Shown here one piece after another: positions 1-8,177 of a stretch of 11,152 nucleotides of DNA (positions are counted from its first letter, which is position 1; every line of letters begins with the position of its first letter). Made by a program: the position numbers and the translations under genes. Source of the DNA: Calditrichia bacterium (GTDB lineage: Bacteria; Calditrichota; Calditrichia; RBG-13-44-9); contig JARRQT010000184.1 of the NCBI GenBank assembly GCA_037381445.1, forward strand, positions 1 through 11,152, written 5' to 3'. The notes beneath the pieces are model-generated. The model was not told where the DNA came from. It ran no database searches and saw nothing but the letters and a program-made list of their open reading frames with translations.

Positions 1-1792
1 TATGGTTCCTTCGGCTTTTGTAATGCTGGAGGAGCTGCCGCTGACGCCCAATGGGAAAGTGGACCGCCGGGCGCTGCCGGCGCCGGAACGGGCCGGGATG
101 GATGTGAAAAACGAATTTGCGGCGCCCGAGACGCTGATCCAGGAAAAGCTGGTCCGGATCTGGCAGGAGGTGCTGGGGATCGGGAAGGTGGGGATCCGCG
201 ACAATTTCTTCGAACTGGGTGGGGATTCAATACTCAGTATTCAGGTAATAGCTAAAGCAAAGTTAGCTGGCCTTCATATCACACCCATCCAAATATTTCA
301 GTATCAGACTATTGAACAAATTGCTGCTGCTGCAAAGGTATCTGCTTGTGTAGAAACCGAACAAGGTATTTTAAAAGGAGAAGTCCCTCTTACACCTGTG
401 CAGCATTGGTTTTTCGAGCAGAATCATTCCCGGCCGCATCACTGGAATCAGACGATTTTGCTGACTTTGGAGGCGCCGACCGATCTGTCTGTTTTGCGGG
501 AGGTTGCCAGAAATATACTCATCCAGCATGATGCGCTGCGGTTACGTTACCAGCCTGCAGGAGAGACGTGGAAGCAATTTTATACGGATAGCATAGATGA
601 TGTTCCCTTTTCTGTGACGGATCTGTCGGGCAAAACACCTCGGGAACAATCTGCTGAAATTGAAGAAAGAGCCTGGACCCTGCAATCAAGCCTGAATTTC
701 CTGAAAGGCCCGGTTATGCGGATGGTGTATTTTCATTTGGGGGAAAGCAAGCCGGGCAGATTGCTGATTGCAATTCATCATCTGGCGGTTGATGGTGTAT
801 CCTGGAGAATTTTGATGGAAGATATTCAAACAATTCTCCAGCAATTGTTAAAAAATGAGAATGTACCTTCAGTGGTCAAATCGAGCTCATACCGTCAATG
901 GGCACAGAAATTAAATGATTATGCCAATTCAGAGGAGATTCTGGAAGAGGCTGAATTCTGGGAAAAGTTATCTAAAGAAAAAATTGAGCCAATTCCCGTA
1001 GATATGCCTGGGGAGCAGAATCTGGAGGAGCACACAGAAATCTTAAACAGTTCTCTATCATCGGAAGAAACATTATCATTGATGCAGGAGGTTCCTTCTG
1101 CCTATTCCACGCATATAAACGAAGTGCTGTTGACCGCACTGGCGCGGGCGTTTTCGCGATGGACCGGCAGACGCAAACTATTGGTTGAAATGGAGGGACA
1201 TGGCAGGGAGGAATTGTTCGATGACCTTGATATATCACGCACCGTTGGGTGGTTTACCACCATTTTTCCGGTTCTACTGGATTTGCGTAATACAATAGCC
1301 ACCGTGGATTCCCTGAAAATTGTAAAAGAACAGGTGAGAAGCATCCCTAAACGCGGAATCGGATACGGTTTGTTGCGGTATCTGACTCCAGATCCTGCCA
1401 TCCGCAAAGACATGCAGAATCTGCCAACGCCTGAGGTCAGCTTTAACTATCTGGGCCAGATCGATCAGGTGCTGGGCGCCAATTCCTTATTCTCACCTGC
1501 AGCGGAGCCAGCCGGACCGGATCGGCATCCCGAAAATCAGCGCGGAAATAAAATTGACATTAGCGCTGTTGTGTCGAATCGCCAGCTCCGTTTAACAATT
1601 ATGTATGGAGGCCGCTTATATTTTCGCGAGACAATGGAGAAACTTGCAAATGACTTTTTGGGTGAATTGCGGGAGATCATTCAGTTATGCAAAGCACCTT
1701 CAGCGCCAGCTTATACATCTTCAGATTTTCCCCTTGCCAATTTGAATCAGGAAAAGCTGGACAAAGTTCTGGGAAAATTGAATAAGAAATAA
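1..1792 (+). CDS. NRPS subunit, 5'-truncated by the window: A-domain C-terminal end - T(E-type) - epimerisation domain - COM donor
   Basis: The frame starting at nt 2 encodes the A9/A10 region (MVPSAFV...TPNGKVDRRALP), the PCP motif FFELGGDSIL (Ser codon 227-229), E-domain motifs (PLTPVQHWF, HHLAVDGVSW at 776, EGHGRE, SRTVGWFTT, FNYLGQ) and a C-terminal YTSSDFPLANL helix. It stops at TAA 1790-1792. The ATG at 2 is an internal Met (xYMVP motif), not the true start. Confidence 0.97.
   Translation, partial: MVPSAFVMLEELPLTPNGKVDRRALPAPERAGMDVKNEFAAPETLIQEKLVRIWQEVLGIGKVGIRDNFFELGGDSILSIQVIAKAKLAGLHITPIQIFQYQTIEQIAAAAKVSACVETEQGILKGEVPLTPVQHWFFEQNHSRPHHWNQTILLTLEAPTDLSVLREVARNILIQHDALRLRYQPAGETWKQFYTDSIDDVPFSVTDLSGKTPREQSAEIEERAWTLQSSLNFLKGPVMRMVYFHLGESKPGRLLIAIHHLAVDGVSWRILMEDIQTILQQLLKNENVPSVVKSSSYRQWAQKLNDYANSEEILEEAEFWEKLSKEKIEPIPVDMPGEQNLEEHTEILNSSLSSEETLSLMQEVPSAYSTHINEVLLTALARAFSRWTGRRKLLVEMEGHGREELFDDLDISRTVGWFTTIFPVLLDLRNTIATVDSLKIVKEQVRSIPKRGIGYGLLRYLTPDPAIRKDMQNLPTPEVSFNYLGQIDQVLGANSLFSPAAEPAGPDRHPENQRGNKIDISAVVSNRQLRLTIMYGGRLYFRETMEKLANDFLGELREIIQLCKAPSAPAYTSSDFPLANLNQEKLDKVLGKLNKK
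120..340 (+). other. Peptidyl carrier (T) domain of the type that precedes an E domain
   Basis: The GGDSI variant of the phosphopantetheine motif is the established signature of T domains followed by E domains, and an E domain does follow. Boundaries are approximate. Confidence 0.93.
380..1700 (+). other. Epimerisation (E) domain, giving a D-configured residue
   Basis: HHLAVDGVSW catalytic motif plus the E-specific EGHGRE, RTVGWFT and FNYLGQ motifs. Boundaries are approximate. Confidence 0.95.
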
Positions 1793-1870
1793 AACGATAG
1801 GGAAACCCATGAACAATATTGAGGACATTTATTCCCTTTCCCCAATGCAGCAGGGAATGCTTTTTCACAG
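1700..1870 (+). other. COM donor (end of gene 1) / COM acceptor (start of gene 2) pair across a 16-bp intergenic gap
   Basis: Gene 1 ends YTSSDFPLANLNQEKLDKVL..., a TPSDF-like motif plus an amphipathic helix. Gene 2 begins MNNIEDIYSLSPMQQGMLFH. This resembles the E|C COM interfaces of the tyrocidine and surfactin synthetases. Confidence 0.8.
1798..1804 (+). promoter_or_regulatory. Probable ribosome-binding site for gene 2
   Basis: Purine-rich TAGGGAA a few nt upstream of ATG 1809. Confidence 0.55.
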
Positions 1871-4172
1871 CCTGCTGTCCCCGGAATCGGGGGTATACTC
1901 TGAGCAGCTCAGTTGTTCTATTGCCGGGGATCTGAATGTGGCCATTTTCAAAAAGGCCTGGGAGTTTGTTATTCAACGCCACTCGATTTTGCGCAGCGCT
2001 TTTATTTGGGAAGATCTGGAAGAACCGGTACAGGTGGTGCATAAATCTGTTGAACTTCCATTCGAATATCTCGATTGGCGGGGTGTTTCTCTTGACCGAA
2101 TAGAGAAGGATTTTCAGACCTTGTTAGAATCATCGGTCAAGAAGGGGTTTGACCTTCTGGTACCTCCATTGATGCATTTAATAGTTGTGCAGACTGAAAA
2201 TTATGTGCATCGCTTCATTTGGAATCATCATCATTTGCTTTTTGATGGCTGGTCAACACAAATTGTTCTGAGAGAGGTTTTTCGATCCTATGAAACTTTC
2301 ATGGATGGAAGATCACCTGATTTCAAGCTAAATCTCCCCTATCGGGAATACATTGCCTGGCTCCGTAAACAGGATGAAAAAGAGGCGGAAAATTACTGGC
2401 GGAAAAAACTGACCGGTTTCGTTTCCCCGACTGTTTTCAATCTTGACAAATTTTCCAGAAACAACGATGATCTCAGGGATGGTTACTCAATCGAAAAGGA
2501 GTCACTATCCGAAAACTTGTCTGTTTCAATAAATGAGTTCTGCAAAGAACATAAAATTACCCATAATACTTTCATGCAGGGTGTGTGGGCTTTGCTCCTG
2601 CACGTTTACAGCGGGGAGGACGATATCGTTTTTGGTTCCACTGTCTCCGGGCGTCCTGCGGATCTGCCTGGTGTGGAATCCATGGTAGGACTGTTTATAA
2701 ATACGCTTCCCGTCAGAGTCCGGTTCGATCCGCAGAAGACAATAATCGACTGGCTCAGGGATTTGCAGCTGCAGCAGGCTGAACTGCGAAAATATGATTA
2801 CACCTCGTTGGTAAAAATTCACGGACTTAGTGATGTGCCGCGGACCCTTCAGCTTTTTGAAAGTATTGTGGTGTTTGAGAATTATCCGGTAAGCGATGCT
2901 ATGGGTAGCGGATCTGAGAGATTTAAGATAAGCGATGTCAGTGCCTTTTCCCGGACGAACTTTCCGCTTACACTGGTGGTGTCCCCAGGCAATAAGCTCT
3001 TGGTTGAACTTGCCTATGATAAAAGCCGGTTTGAGTACAATTTTATAATCAGAATTTTCCGGCATATCAATTCCTTGGCTTCAAAATTTATCAGCAGCCC
3101 CCACGGGACTTTATCGGCGCTTGATATCCTCACCCCCGAGGAAAAAAGAAAAATCATTAAAAACTGGAATGATACAAAAGAGGATTTCCCGGATCATGTT
3201 TGCATACATGAAAAATTTGAAAGAGTGGCTGAAAAATATCCTGAAAATATCGCCTTAACTGCTGGCAATGAAAATCTGACGTATCGGCAGCTCAATGCGA
3301 GGGCGAATCAGCTTGCTCACTACTTAAATAAAATCGGAATTGGCCCGGAGAATATTGTTGCTGTTTGCATGGATCGATCTTTTGAAATGCTGGTAGCTGT
3401 TCTCGGGATTCTGAAATCAGGCGCGGCGTATTTGCCGCTGGATCCGTCCTATCCAAAAGAACGCCTGTCATATATGATTGAAGATTCAAATTCTTGTGCT
3501 TTATTAGCTCACCAGGCAGTAAAAAATTCCCTGCCCCAGGACCACCCCCGACCCATTTGGATGGATGCAGACCGGGAGGCAATTACCAAGGAGGTATCAG
3601 AAAATCCAGAATATCCCGTGCTGCCGGAAAATCTGGCCTATGTGATATATACGTCAGGCTCTACCGGGAAACCGAAAGGAACGCTTATCCAACATCGGAG
3701 CGTTCTGAATCTGATTCAATCCATGTCGCGCGATTTTAAAGTCGATCCTGAAAGCAGAATTTTACAATTTGCATCATTTGGTTTTGATGCATCGGTCGCG
3801 GAGTTCTTTTTGGCCCTGCTAACCGGCGCTCAACTTCAATTGATCGCAAAAGATGATTCGATATTCCCGGAAAAAGTAATTGGTCAAATTCAGAGGAAAC
3901 ATACTTCGCATGTAATCATGCCGCCTTCATTCTTAACTCTTTTGGAAAATAGAAATTTATCATCATTGAAAACAGTTGTCTCAGGAGGTGAGTCCTGTAA
4001 TTGGAATATTGCCGAGCGATGGCGGAACGTATATATTGGACAAATACTTTCATCCGGTGCCGGTCGGTGTTCCCGGCGAGCTTTATTTAGGAGGTGCCGG
4101 TTTGGGAAGAGGATATTTGAACCGACCTGCTTTGACATCCGAAAAATTTATTCCCAATCCTTTTTCGGATGA
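1809..4172 (+). CDS. 5' fragment of gene 2: DCL condensation domain + N-terminal part of an A domain (A1-A4); the last ~48 codons are out-of-frame tail
   Basis: DCL-type C motifs LSPMQQGMLFH, WNHHHLLFDGWS, VSGRPA and VFENYP fit a position after an E domain. A motifs are LTYRQLN (A1), LKSGAAYLPLD (A2), YTSGSTGKPKG (A3) and FDAS (A4). Sequence after ~4028 is not NRPS-like. Confidence 0.85.
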   Translation: MNNIEDIYSLSPMQQGMLFHSLLSPESGVYSEQLSCSIAGDLNVAIFKKAWEFVIQRHSILRSAFIWEDLEEPVQVVHKSVELPFEYLDWRGVSLDRIEKDFQTLLESSVKKGFDLLVPPLMHLIVVQTENYVHRFIWNHHHLLFDGWSTQIVLREVFRSYETFMDGRSPDFKLNLPYREYIAWLRKQDEKEAENYWRKKLTGFVSPTVFNLDKFSRNNDDLRDGYSIEKESLSENLSVSINEFCKEHKITHNTFMQGVWALLLHVYSGEDDIVFGSTVSGRPADLPGVESMVGLFINTLPVRVRFDPQKTIIDWLRDLQLQQAELRKYDYTSLVKIHGLSDVPRTLQLFESIVVFENYPVSDAMGSGSERFKISDVSAFSRTNFPLTLVVSPGNKLLVELAYDKSRFEYNFIIRIFRHINSLASKFISSPHGTLSALDILTPEEKRKIIKNWNDTKEDFPDHVCIHEKFERVAEKYPENIALTAGNENLTYRQLNARANQLAHYLNKIGIGPENIVAVCMDRSFEMLVAVLGILKSGAAYLPLDPSYPKERLSYMIEDSNSCALLAHQAVKNSLPQDHPRPIWMDADREAITKEVSENPEYPVLPENLAYVIYTSGSTGKPKGTLIQHRSVLNLIQSMSRDFKVDPESRILQFASFGFDASVAEFFLALLTGAQLQLIAKDDSIFPEKVIGQIQRKHTSHVIMPPSFLTLLENRNLSSLKTVVSGGESCNWNIAERWRNVYIGQILSSGAGRCSRRALFRRCRFGKRIFEPTCFDIRKIYSQSFFG

Positions 4173-7100
4173 ACCGGGCTCCCGGCTTTATAGGACCGGC
4201 GATTTGGTGCGCTATCTCCCGGATGGAAATGTCGAATTCCTGGGGCGGATTGATCAGCAGGTAAAAATACGCGGATTTCGTATCGAATTGGGCGAAATAC
4301 GGGCGGTAATGAATCAATTCCCGGCGGTTAATGGTAGCCTAGCAATTGTTAAAAATAATGAAACGGATGATGATACCTTAGTTGCCTACGTTATCCCGGA
4401 AAGATCGAAGGAAATCGTGGTGGAGGAATTCCGCGGTTTCCTACGGAAAAGTCTGCCGGACTATATGATTCCTGCCGCTTTTATCTTTCTGGAGAGCTTT
4501 CCGTTGACCGCCAATGGAAAAATTGATATAAGTGCCCTGCCCGATCCCGCACAGTTGGAAGAGGGTGGAATTTTCACCGGCCGGACACCTACCGAACAAA
4601 TTTTGGAGAATATCTGGGGCGACGTTCTGAAACAGAAAAGGATAGACGTAGATGCCAATTTTTTTGAGCTGGGAGGTCACTCCCTGCTGGTTACCCAGGT
4701 GATTTCCCGGATCCGTGAAGCTTTTCGCATCGATATCCCGCTGAATAGCCTTTTTGATGAGCCTACTGTTGCTTCTCTCGCCCGGATCGTGGATCAAATG
4801 GGGATCGAAAAAGGTGCGGTGAATATTCCCGAACTTGTGAGGGTATCCAGGGAGAATCCCCTGCCACTTTCATTCTCTCAACAGAGGCTCTGGTTCCTCG
4901 ATAAGTTAAAACCTGATAATCCTACCTATAATATTCCGTCCGCCATCCGTTTTAAAGGTAACCTGGATATACCTGCCTTGAAGAAGAGTATAGAGAATCT
5001 GGTAAGGCGGCATGAAATTCTGAGAACCTGCTTCGGGGAATCGGACGGACAACCTGTTCAAATAATATCTGAAAATTTCAAGGTTGAATTGTCGATAAAT
5101 GATCTGAGTGAAATTCCTACTGCGGTGCAAGAGGACAAAGCCCGGGAGATAGCGAAAAAGGAAGCTTTAAAACCATTTGACCTGAAAAATGGACCTCTCT
5201 TCCGGGTAGCCCTGCTGCGCCTGGCGGCAGAAGATCATATCGTGTTGTTCACCATGCATCATACGGTTTCAGACGGCTGGTCAGTGGGAGTGTTAATTCA
5301 CGAAATTTCTGTCTCTTATGATGCAGTGCTGAATAATTCCGCTGCTGAACTGCCGGAATTGAAAATCCAGTACGCAGATTATGCCGCCTGGCAGCGAAAA
5401 CTCCTCAGCGGCCCGGTTTACGACAATCAGTTGGCTTATTGGAAAAATCAGCTCGATGGTATTCCGCCTGTTCTGGAATTGCCGTTCGATCGGCCGCGTC
5501 CCTCAACACAGTCTTCGCGAGGCGCGAACCGGTCCGTCTTGTTATCAAGAGAATTGACTGATAAACTCCGGGAACTGAGCCGCCGTGAAAGTGTCACACT
5601 TTTTATGACCGTACTGGCAGCTTTTCAATCCCTTTTGCAGCGTCTTTCGGGGCAGAATGATGTCGTTGTGGGAACGCCGATTGCCGGCAGAACCCATCTG
5701 GCGCTCGAAAACCTGATCGGTTTTTTTGTCAATACTCTGGCGCTGCGGGCTAATTTCTCAGAATCCCCAACATTCAGAGAACTGCTGCGGCAGGTACGGG
5801 ATGTTACGCTGGGCGCCTATCGCCACCAGGACCTGCCCTTTGAAAAATTGGTGGAAGAACTGCATCCGGTGAGAGATATGAGCCACCAGCCTATATTTCA
5901 GGTAATGCTCGTATTTCAAAATCTTCCCATGCAGGCCTTCGGGATTTCTGATCTGTCCGTGGAACCATTCTTGTTTGAAACCGGCACTGCCGCATTCGAT
6001 TTATCTCTGATTATGATGGAAACAGAAGACGGACTGATCTCCAATTTTGAATACAATGCGGACCTGTTTGATGAATCAACCATTGAACGAATGCTGGAAC
6101 ATTTTGAATTGCTTCTGCAAAACATTGTCGCCGATCCCGATCAGAAAGTTGCTGAAATCCCCATTCTTACGGATTTTGAAAAGGAAAAACTTTTTGTTGA
6201 CTGGAATTGTACCGAAACAGAATATCCATCTAATAGATGTGTTCATGAATGGTTTGAATCGATTGCCGCTGAGCAGCCCGAGGCAATCGCTGCCATCTTC
6301 CAGAAAGATGAATACACCCCCGCCGAACAGGTGTCCTACGGCCGACTGAACGCCCATGCCAATAATCTGGCTGCCCGTTTGGTTGGTCTGGGTATTGGAC
6401 CGGATAAACTGGTGGGGATATGCATGGAGCGATCATTTGAAATGGTTTATGCCATACTGGCAGTCCTCAAGGCTGGCGGTGCATTTGTGCCCATCGATCC
6501 GGCCTACCCTGCGGAACGCATCGAGTATATGCTGAACGATTCGGGAACGCAGATTCTGTTAACCCAATCGAATCTGGTCGGACATCTTTCCGCCAGTTCG
6601 GTACAGGTGCTCTGCCTTGATGAAGAATTGGATGAAATTCAAAATGAAGAAGGCCCAAATCTGAATATTCCGGTAACGCCGGATAATCTGGCATATGTCA
6701 TTTATACCTCCGGTTCAACCGGGAAACCTAAGGGAACCATGCTCCGGCATCGCGGAATGTGCAACCTGGCAACCGCACAGGTTCAGGCCTTTGGAGTTGG
6801 CCCCGGTTCCCGAATTTTCCAGTTTTCTTCCCTGAGCTTTGATGCGTCGGTCTGGGAATTGGCCATGGCATTTCTTAGCGGCGCGGCACTTTGTCTGACT
6901 TCCCGCGAGACGGTGGCCTCAGGTCACAGTTTGGCAAAGGTAATGAAGGAACAAAAAGTAAATGTTATCACTCTGCCGCCGTCCGTTTTGGCGGTTTTGC
7001 CTGAGGAAGAGCTGCCTGATCTGAAAGTTTTAATCACCGCCGGAGAAGCTGTCTCAAATGAGCTGGTGAGAAAGTGGTCTGCTGGAAGAAAGTTCTTCAA

Positions 7101-8079
7101 TGCCTACGGACCCACCGAAACGACCGTCTGCGCTTCCATGTATCTCTGCGAAAAAGAATATCCTAAAGGCCCGCCCATTGGGAGACCGATTTCAAATTTC
7201 AAATTGTATATACTCGATTCCCATTTTCAGCAGGTGCCGATTGGCGTGGCAGGCGAATTATGTGTGGATGGAGTCGGCCTGGCACGCGGCTATTTGAACA
7301 GACCCGGACTAACCGCAGAAAAATTTATTCCAAATATTTTCAGCAGGGAAAAGGGCACCCGGCTCTACCGGACCGGTGATCTGGCCAGATTTCTACCCAA
7401 TGGGAATATTGAATTCCTGGGACGGATAGACACCCAGGTGAAAATCCGGGGATTCCGAATCGAGCTGGGAGAGATTGAGGCGGTGTTAAATCAGGTCCAC
7501 GACGTGAGGGATGCAGCGGTGGTTTCCCGAAAGGATAATTCGGGAGAGGGCCGGCTGGTGGCCTATTTTGTACCAGGCGATTCGCAGGAAATCAATATTG
7601 CGGAATTGCGCAAATATATGCGGGGAAAGTTGCCGGATTATATGATTCCTTCTGCCTTTGTAAAGCTGGATAAAATTCCGCTGACGCCCAGTGGAAAGCT
7701 GGACCATAAATCGCTTCCGCTTCCGGAATTTTCGCGGCAGGAATTGAGTGCGGAATATGTGGCACCAAGAAATGCGGTTGAAAAGAAGTTGGTGGAAATA
7801 GTGTCGGGATTACTGAAGATTGATAAAGTGGGCGTTTACGATAATTTCTTTGAACTGGGCGGCCATTCTCTGCTTGCAACTCAATTTATGTCCCGGCTGA
7901 GGGAGACCTTCGGACTGGAAATACCGCTCAGAATTTTGTTTGAAAAACCGGTTATCGCAGAGGTTGCCGCAGAAATCGAACTGGCGCACCGGGATGACGG
8001 AGAGATCAGACCCGAGCCCATTCCCATGAAAAGAGCTTCCCGCGCTGAACACCGAATCAACCGATCGGAGTTGAACTGA
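3976..8079 (+). CDS. 3' fragment of gene 2: C-terminal part of an A domain (A6-A10) - T - C(LCL) - A (Phe predicted) - T
   Basis: Motifs are GELYLGGAGLGRGY, YRTGDL, GRIDQQVKIRGFRIELGE and NGKID. T has GGHSLL (Ser 4681) and the C domain has MHHTVSDGWS (5254). A complete A domain follows, then a terminal T with GGHSLL (Ser 7867). The TTG at 3976 has no clear RBS and its first ~18 codons are non-homologous, so it is probably not a real start. Confidence 0.85.
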   Translation: MSQEVSPVIGILPSDGGTYILDKYFHPVPVGVPGELYLGGAGLGRGYLNRPALTSEKFIPNPFSDEPGSRLYRTGDLVRYLPDGNVEFLGRIDQQVKIRGFRIELGEIRAVMNQFPAVNGSLAIVKNNETDDDTLVAYVIPERSKEIVVEEFRGFLRKSLPDYMIPAAFIFLESFPLTANGKIDISALPDPAQLEEGGIFTGRTPTEQILENIWGDVLKQKRIDVDANFFELGGHSLLVTQVISRIREAFRIDIPLNSLFDEPTVASLARIVDQMGIEKGAVNIPELVRVSRENPLPLSFSQQRLWFLDKLKPDNPTYNIPSAIRFKGNLDIPALKKSIENLVRRHEILRTCFGESDGQPVQIISENFKVELSINDLSEIPTAVQEDKAREIAKKEALKPFDLKNGPLFRVALLRLAAEDHIVLFTMHHTVSDGWSVGVLIHEISVSYDAVLNNSAAELPELKIQYADYAAWQRKLLSGPVYDNQLAYWKNQLDGIPPVLELPFDRPRPSTQSSRGANRSVLLSRELTDKLRELSRRESVTLFMTVLAAFQSLLQRLSGQNDVVVGTPIAGRTHLALENLIGFFVNTLALRANFSESPTFRELLRQVRDVTLGAYRHQDLPFEKLVEELHPVRDMSHQPIFQVMLVFQNLPMQAFGISDLSVEPFLFETGTAAFDLSLIMMETEDGLISNFEYNADLFDESTIERMLEHFELLLQNIVADPDQKVAEIPILTDFEKEKLFVDWNCTETEYPSNRCVHEWFESIAAEQPEAIAAIFQKDEYTPAEQVSYGRLNAHANNLAARLVGLGIGPDKLVGICMERSFEMVYAILAVLKAGGAFVPIDPAYPAERIEYMLNDSGTQILLTQSNLVGHLSASSVQVLCLDEELDEIQNEEGPNLNIPVTPDNLAYVIYTSGSTGKPKGTMLRHRGMCNLATAQVQAFGVGPGSRIFQFSSLSFDASVWELAMAFLSGAALCLTSRETVASGHSLAKVMKEQKVNVITLPPSVLAVLPEEELPDLKVLITAGEAVSNELVRKWSAGRKFFNAYGPTETTVCASMYLCEKEYPKGPPIGRPISNFKLYILDSHFQQVPIGVAGELCVDGVGLARGYLNRPGLTAEKFIPNIFSREKGTRLYRTGDLARFLPNGNIEFLGRIDTQVKIRGFRIELGEIEAVLNQVHDVRDAAVVSRKDNSGEGRLVAYFVPGDSQEINIAELRKYMRGKLPDYMIPSAFVKLDKIPLTPSGKLDHKSLPLPEFSRQELSAEYVAPRNAVEKKLVEIVSGLLKIDKVGVYDNFFELGGHSLLATQFMSRLRETFGLEIPLRILFEKPVIAEVAAEIELAHRDDGEIRPEPIPMKRASRAEHRINRSELN
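6230..7730 (+). other. Adenylation domain, predicted L-Phe
   Basis: Manual alignment to GrsA-PheA (FDASVWE; VITLPP; LITAGE; NAYG; TTVCA; GK) gives the code DAWTIAAVCK, one conservative change from GrsA DAWTIAAICK. Confidence 0.85.
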
Positions 8080-8163
8080 AAATCGGGTTTCATTTTTTAT
8101 CCAAAATTTGAAAACAAAGTAGGCAATTTTGATTTGAGGGTGACCCCATAGACTAATTGATAC

Positions 8164-8170
8164 AGGAAAG
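8164..8170 (+). promoter_or_regulatory. Probable ribosome-binding site for gene 3
   Basis: AGGAAAG ending 7 nt upstream of ATG 8178. Confidence 0.6.
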
Positions 8171-8177
8171 CCGAATA

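Larger units (their letters stand above)
1809..8079 (+). pseudogene. Bimodular NRPS C(DCL)-A*-T-C(LCL)-A(Phe)-T, interrupted by a frameshifting ~120-bp deletion in the first A domain (true pseudogene or assembly error)
   Basis: NRPS homology runs in the 1809 frame up to ...VVSGGESCNWNIAERW (4020-4022). It resumes in the 3976 frame at YILDKYFHPVPVGVPGELYLGGAGLGRGY (4030). The NxYGPTE...IGRP segment present in the two other complete A domains is absent. The stop is TGA 8077-8079. Confidence 0.85.

Noticed and set aside
3976..4029. TTG start at 3976 as the true start of an independent gene
   Set aside because: There is no RBS, the first ~18 codons are non-homologous, and the same bases encode conserved A-domain sequence (VSGGE...W) in the other frame.
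4010..4045. Programmed ribosomal frameshift or single-base indel at the gene 2 break
   Set aside because: No X-XXY-YYZ slippery run or homopolymer is present at the junction. About 40 codons including A5 are physically missing, so recoding could not restore the domain.
8080..8177. Terminator, promoter or small RNA in the 98-bp AT-rich spacer (caaaatt/aattttg at 8102-8131; tiny gggt-g-accc inverted repeat)
   Set aside because: The stems are short and weak, there is no GC stem followed by a U-tract, and there is no correctly spaced -35/-10 pair.
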